NCBI RefSeq assembly: GCF_000017305.1
Contig: NC_009664.2
Coordinates: 3,810,001 to 3,842,000, forward strand
Length of the DNA: 32,000 bases
Direction of reading: 5' to 3'
DNA from: Kineococcus radiotolerans SRS30216 = ATCC BAA-149
GTDB taxonomy: Bacteria > Actinomycetota > Actinomycetes > Actinomycetales > Kineococcaceae
Positions 22,610 to 32,000 of this stretch are shown here, in pieces. Made by a program: the position numbers and the translations under genes. Within the stretch, counting starts at the first letter, position 1; each line of letters begins with the position of its first letter. A model generated the notes under the pieces. That model was not told the DNA's origin. It ran no database searches and was given only the letters and a program-made list of their open reading frames with translations.

Positions 22610-23504
22610 GCGATCTCACCGAGCTCACCGCGGAGGACAAGGCGAACGTCCTCGTCGAGGCCCTGCCGTGGCTGCAGAAGTGGCACGGCGCACTCGTCGT
22701 GCTCAAGTACGGCGGCAACGCCATGGTGGACGAGGACCTCAAGCGGGCCTTCGCCGAGGACGTCGTGTTCCTGCGCACCGCGGGCCTGCGGCCCGTCGTC
22801 GTGCACGGCGGGGGCCCGCAGATCTCGACCATGCTCGACCGCCTGCAGATCCCCAGCGAGTTCCGCGGGGGGCTGCGGGTCACGACCCCCGAGGCCATGG
22901 ACGTCGTCCGGATGGTCCTCACCGGCCAGGTCGGGCGCGAGCTCGTGGGCCTGCTCAACGCCCACGGCCCGCTGGCGGTCGGGCTCTCCGGGGAGGACGC
23001 CGGGCTGCTGCGGGCCACCCGCCGCCACGCGGTCGTCGACGGGGAACCGGTGGACGTGGGACTGGTGGGCGACGTCGTCGGCGTCGACCCCCGCGCCGTC
23101 GTCGACCTGCTCGCCGCCGGGCGCATCCCCGTCATCTCGACGATCGCCCCCGAGGTCGACGCCGACGGCAACCCCCTGCACGGTCAGGTCCTCAACGTCA
23201 ACGCGGACACCGCGGCCTCGGCCATCGCGGTGGCCCTGGAGGCGCAGAAGTTCGTCGTCATGACCGACGTGGCGGGGTTGTACCGCGACTGGCCGAACCG
23301 GGACTCGCTGGTCCGCGAGATCACCGCCGGCGACCTCGCCGCGCTGCTGCCGTCGCTGGAGTCCGGGATGGTCCCGAAGATGGAGGCCTGCCTGCGCGCG
23401 GTGCGCGGCGGCGTCCCCCGCGCCACGGTCATCGACGGCCGGCAGGCGCACTCGGTCCTGCTGGAGGTCTTCACGACCTCCGGCAACGGCACGATGGTCG
23501 TGCC

Positions 23505-23508
<4 letters not shown>
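22606..23508 (+). CDS. argB: acetylglutamate kinase
   Basis: 300 aa. GTG overlaps the argJ stop (GTGA). Contains [10 protein letters not shown] and VVHGGGPQI. Confidence 0.95.
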
Positions 23509-28332
<4,824 letters not shown>

Positions 28333-28346
28333 GGAGCCGACGAGTC

Positions 28347-29615
28347 GTGAACGACGTCTGGGACGAGCTGCAGTGGCGGGGCCTGGTGGCGCACTCCACC
28401 GACGAGGCCGCCCTGCAGGAGGCGCTGCAGACGGGACCGCTCACCTACTACGTGGGCTTCGACCCGACGGCGGCCAGCCTGCACGTCGGGCACCTGGTCC
28501 AGGTGCTGACCGCCAAGCGCCTCCAGCAGGCGGGGCACCGCCCGCTGATCCTGGTCGGCGGGGCGACGGGTCTGGTGGGGGACCCGCGTCCCTCCGCGGA
28601 GCGGACGATGAACGACCCGTCGGTGGTGGCCGGCTGGGTGACGGGCCTGCAGGGGCAGATCGCTCCGTTCCTCGACTTCGACGGACCCGCTGCGGCGACG
28701 ATGGTGAACAACCTGGACTGGACGCAGTCGATGTCCACCATCGAGTTCCTCCGCGACGTCGGCAAGCACTTCAGCGTCAACCGCATGCTGGACCGCGAGG
28801 CGGTGAGCAAGCGGCTCGCGACGACCGGCATCAGCTTCACGGAGTTCAGCTACGTCCTGCTGCAGAGCAACGACTACCTGCAGTTGCACCGCCGCCACGG
28901 CTGCACCCTGCAGCTGGGGGGGTCGGACCAGTGGGGCAACATCACCGCCGGGTGCGAGCTCGTGCGCCGGGTCGACCAGCGGACGGTGCACGCGCTGGCG
29001 ACGCCCCTGCTGACCAAGGCCGACGGCACGAAGTTCGGCAAGACGGAGTCCGGCGCGGTGTGGCTCGACCCGGAGCTCACCTCGCCGTACGCCTTCCACC
29101 AGTTCTGGCTCAACGCCGAGGACGCGAAGGTCGTGGACTACCTCAAGGCGTTCAGCTTCCGGCCCCGCGAGGAGATCGAGGAGCTGGGCCGGCAGGCCGT
29201 CGAGAACCCGCGGGCCCGCGCGGCGCAGCGGGCGCTCGCCCACGAGGTGACAGCCCTGGTGCACGGGGAGGAGGCCGCGGTGGCCGTCGAGGCCGCCGCC
29301 GCCGCCCTCTTCGGCGGGTCCGACCTCGAGGCCATCGACGAGCGCATCCTCCGCGGTGCGCTCGCGGAGCTGCCCACGGCGGCGCCGGCCGACCGCGACG
29401 TCCGGCTCGCTCAGCTGTTCGCCGACACCGGCCTGGCCCCCAGCCTGAGCGGGGCCCGCCGGACCATCGGGGAGGGCGGGGCTTACGTGAACAACATCAA
29501 GCTCACTGACCCGGAGGCGACGCTCAGGGACGTGCAGCTCCTGCACGGCCGCTACGCCGTGCTCCGGCGAGGCAAGAAGTCGCTCGCATCGGTGGCGGTT
29601 CCGTTGCCGCAGTAA
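28347..29615 (+). CDS. tyrS: tyrosine--tRNA ligase
   Basis: 422 aa from GTG 28347, with GAGGAG upstream. HIGH-type motif LHVGHL, KMSKS-type KFGKT, and a C-terminal S4 domain. Confidence 0.95.
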   Translation: MNDVWDELQWRGLVAHSTDEAALQEALQTGPLTYYVGFDPTAASLHVGHLVQVLTAKRLQQAGHRPLILVGGATGLVGDPRPSAERTMNDPSVVAGWVTGLQGQIAPFLDFDGPAAATMVNNLDWTQSMSTIEFLRDVGKHFSVNRMLDREAVSKRLATTGISFTEFSYVLLQSNDYLQLHRRHGCTLQLGGSDQWGNITAGCELVRRVDQRTVHALATPLLTKADGTKFGKTESGAVWLDPELTSPYAFHQFWLNAEDAKVVDYLKAFSFRPREEIEELGRQAVENPRARAAQRALAHEVTALVHGEEAAVAVEAAAAALFGGSDLEAIDERILRGALAELPTAAPADRDVRLAQLFADTGLAPSLSGARRTIGEGGAYVNNIKLTDPEATLRDVQLLHGRYAVLRRGKKSLASVAVPLPQ

Positions 29616-29642
29616 GCGATCGGCCCCCGAGGACGAGCGGAT

Positions 29643-29672
29643 TTGCACTGGCCCGCGGGGGCCGCGTACTGT
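29643..29672 (+). promoter_or_regulatory. candidate rrn promoter P1: TTGCAC-18 nt-TACTGT
   Basis: Good -35/-10 pair about 430 nt upstream of the 16S gene, immediately after tyrS. Confidence 0.45.
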
Positions 29673-29765
29673 TCTTCATGTCGCCCCGGCGGGGCGGAAG
29701 ACCTGGGGCTTGTGAGTCTGGGTGGTCCGCGTCTGGGGGTGGTGGTCATCTTGGGCGTCATCGGG

Positions 29766-29795
29766 TTGCAGTTTGGCTTGGTGTCGGGTTAAGGT
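29766..29795 (+). promoter_or_regulatory. candidate rrn promoter P2: TTGCAG-18 nt-TAAGGT
   Basis: Second -35/-10 pair about 310 nt upstream of the 16S gene. Tandem rrn promoters are usual in actinobacteria. Confidence 0.4.
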
Positions 29796-29858
29796 GGGGA
29801 AGTTGTCCCTCTTCGGGGGCTCTCCGGTTCGGGGGGTTGTCCGGGTGGGTGCGTCCGG

Positions 29859-29883
29859 TTCTTGAGAACTCAACAGTGTGCCA
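29859..29883 (+). promoter_or_regulatory. rRNA leader element TTCTTGAGAACTCAACAGTGTGCCA: 5' strand of the pre-16S processing helix / boxA-like conserved leader motif
   Basis: Complementary to ITS 31826-31850: 13 consecutive pairs (29871-29883 with 31838-31826), and about 25 bp with two mismatches. The GAGAACTCAACAG motif is, as I recall, conserved in actinobacterial rrn leaders. Confidence 0.55.
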
Positions 29884-30105
29884 AAAAGTGTTGATGCCAT
29901 ATGTATCAACCCCCAATGGCTGTTCATGTTCTGCTGCATCGTCTGGTGTGGTGGGGGTGGATGGTCGGGGATTCCTTTGGGATTGATCTCCGCCTCTTTC
30001 ACGCCAGTGGGGGGTGGGGTTTTCGAGTCCAAGGGTCAACTATGAAGTGAAATGATCTACATCGCTGACTGTTCCTTTCGGGGGTGGTTGGGGGTGGAAG
30101 GTTTT

Positions 30106-32000
<1,895 letters not shown>

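Noticed and set aside
29622-29663. GGCCCCCG...CGGGGGCC inverted repeat as the tyrS intrinsic terminator
   Set aside because: The stem is only 8 bp with a 26-nt loop and no U-tract, and it overlaps the rrn P1 -35. I cannot tell whether it functions as a terminator, so it is not listed as a feature.

Overview
This is a very high-GC actinobacterial chromosome segment. From the 16S sequence I suspect a Kineococcus/Kineosporiales-like actinomycete, but I could not verify that. The window consists almost entirely of conserved housekeeping genes, mostly on the + strand. In order: the 3' part of an OFA-type MFS transporter plus a coupled 44-aa membrane protein; ybaK and a Lon-N-domain gene (-); hisD; a 3.1-kb insert (uncharacterised protein, two coupled Gfo/Idh/MocA oxidoreductases, and a small lipoprotein on the - strand); hisC-hisB-hisH-priA followed by an SseB-like gene; doxX-like and DUF1844 genes (-); infC (ATC start)-rpmI-rplT and a TrmH-family methyltransferase; an orphan cytoplasmic PAS histidine kinase; pheS-pheT; an SDR oxidoreductase; argC-argJ-argB-argD-argF-argR-argH (no argG), running directly into mpg and tyrS; then the promoter/leader region, a complete 16S rRNA and the first ~370 nt of the ITS of an rrn operon. 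I found no tRNA, CRISPR array, transposase/integrase, phage, toxin-antitoxin or recognisable defence genes. I see no convincing evidence for a novel multi-gene system. The only accessory-looking segment is 3571-6647, which splits hisD from hisC. The main second-look items are at sequence level. (1) Leaderless-type starts (TANNNT, 6-8 nt, then GTG/ATG) recur at seven operon heads, with near-identical promoter/start modules at hisD and priA. (2) The SseB-like gene has a clear coding signature for ~70 codons upstream of any ATG/GTG/TTG. (3) An AT-rich, TGCAT-containing ARG-box-like island overlaps the argC start. (4) The infC-rpmI-rplT spacers are structured, and infC starts with ATC. (5) A ~25-bp long-range helix brackets the 16S gene. 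The many long Arg/Pro/Gly-rich ORFs in the six-frame track are off-frame artefacts of the GC content.
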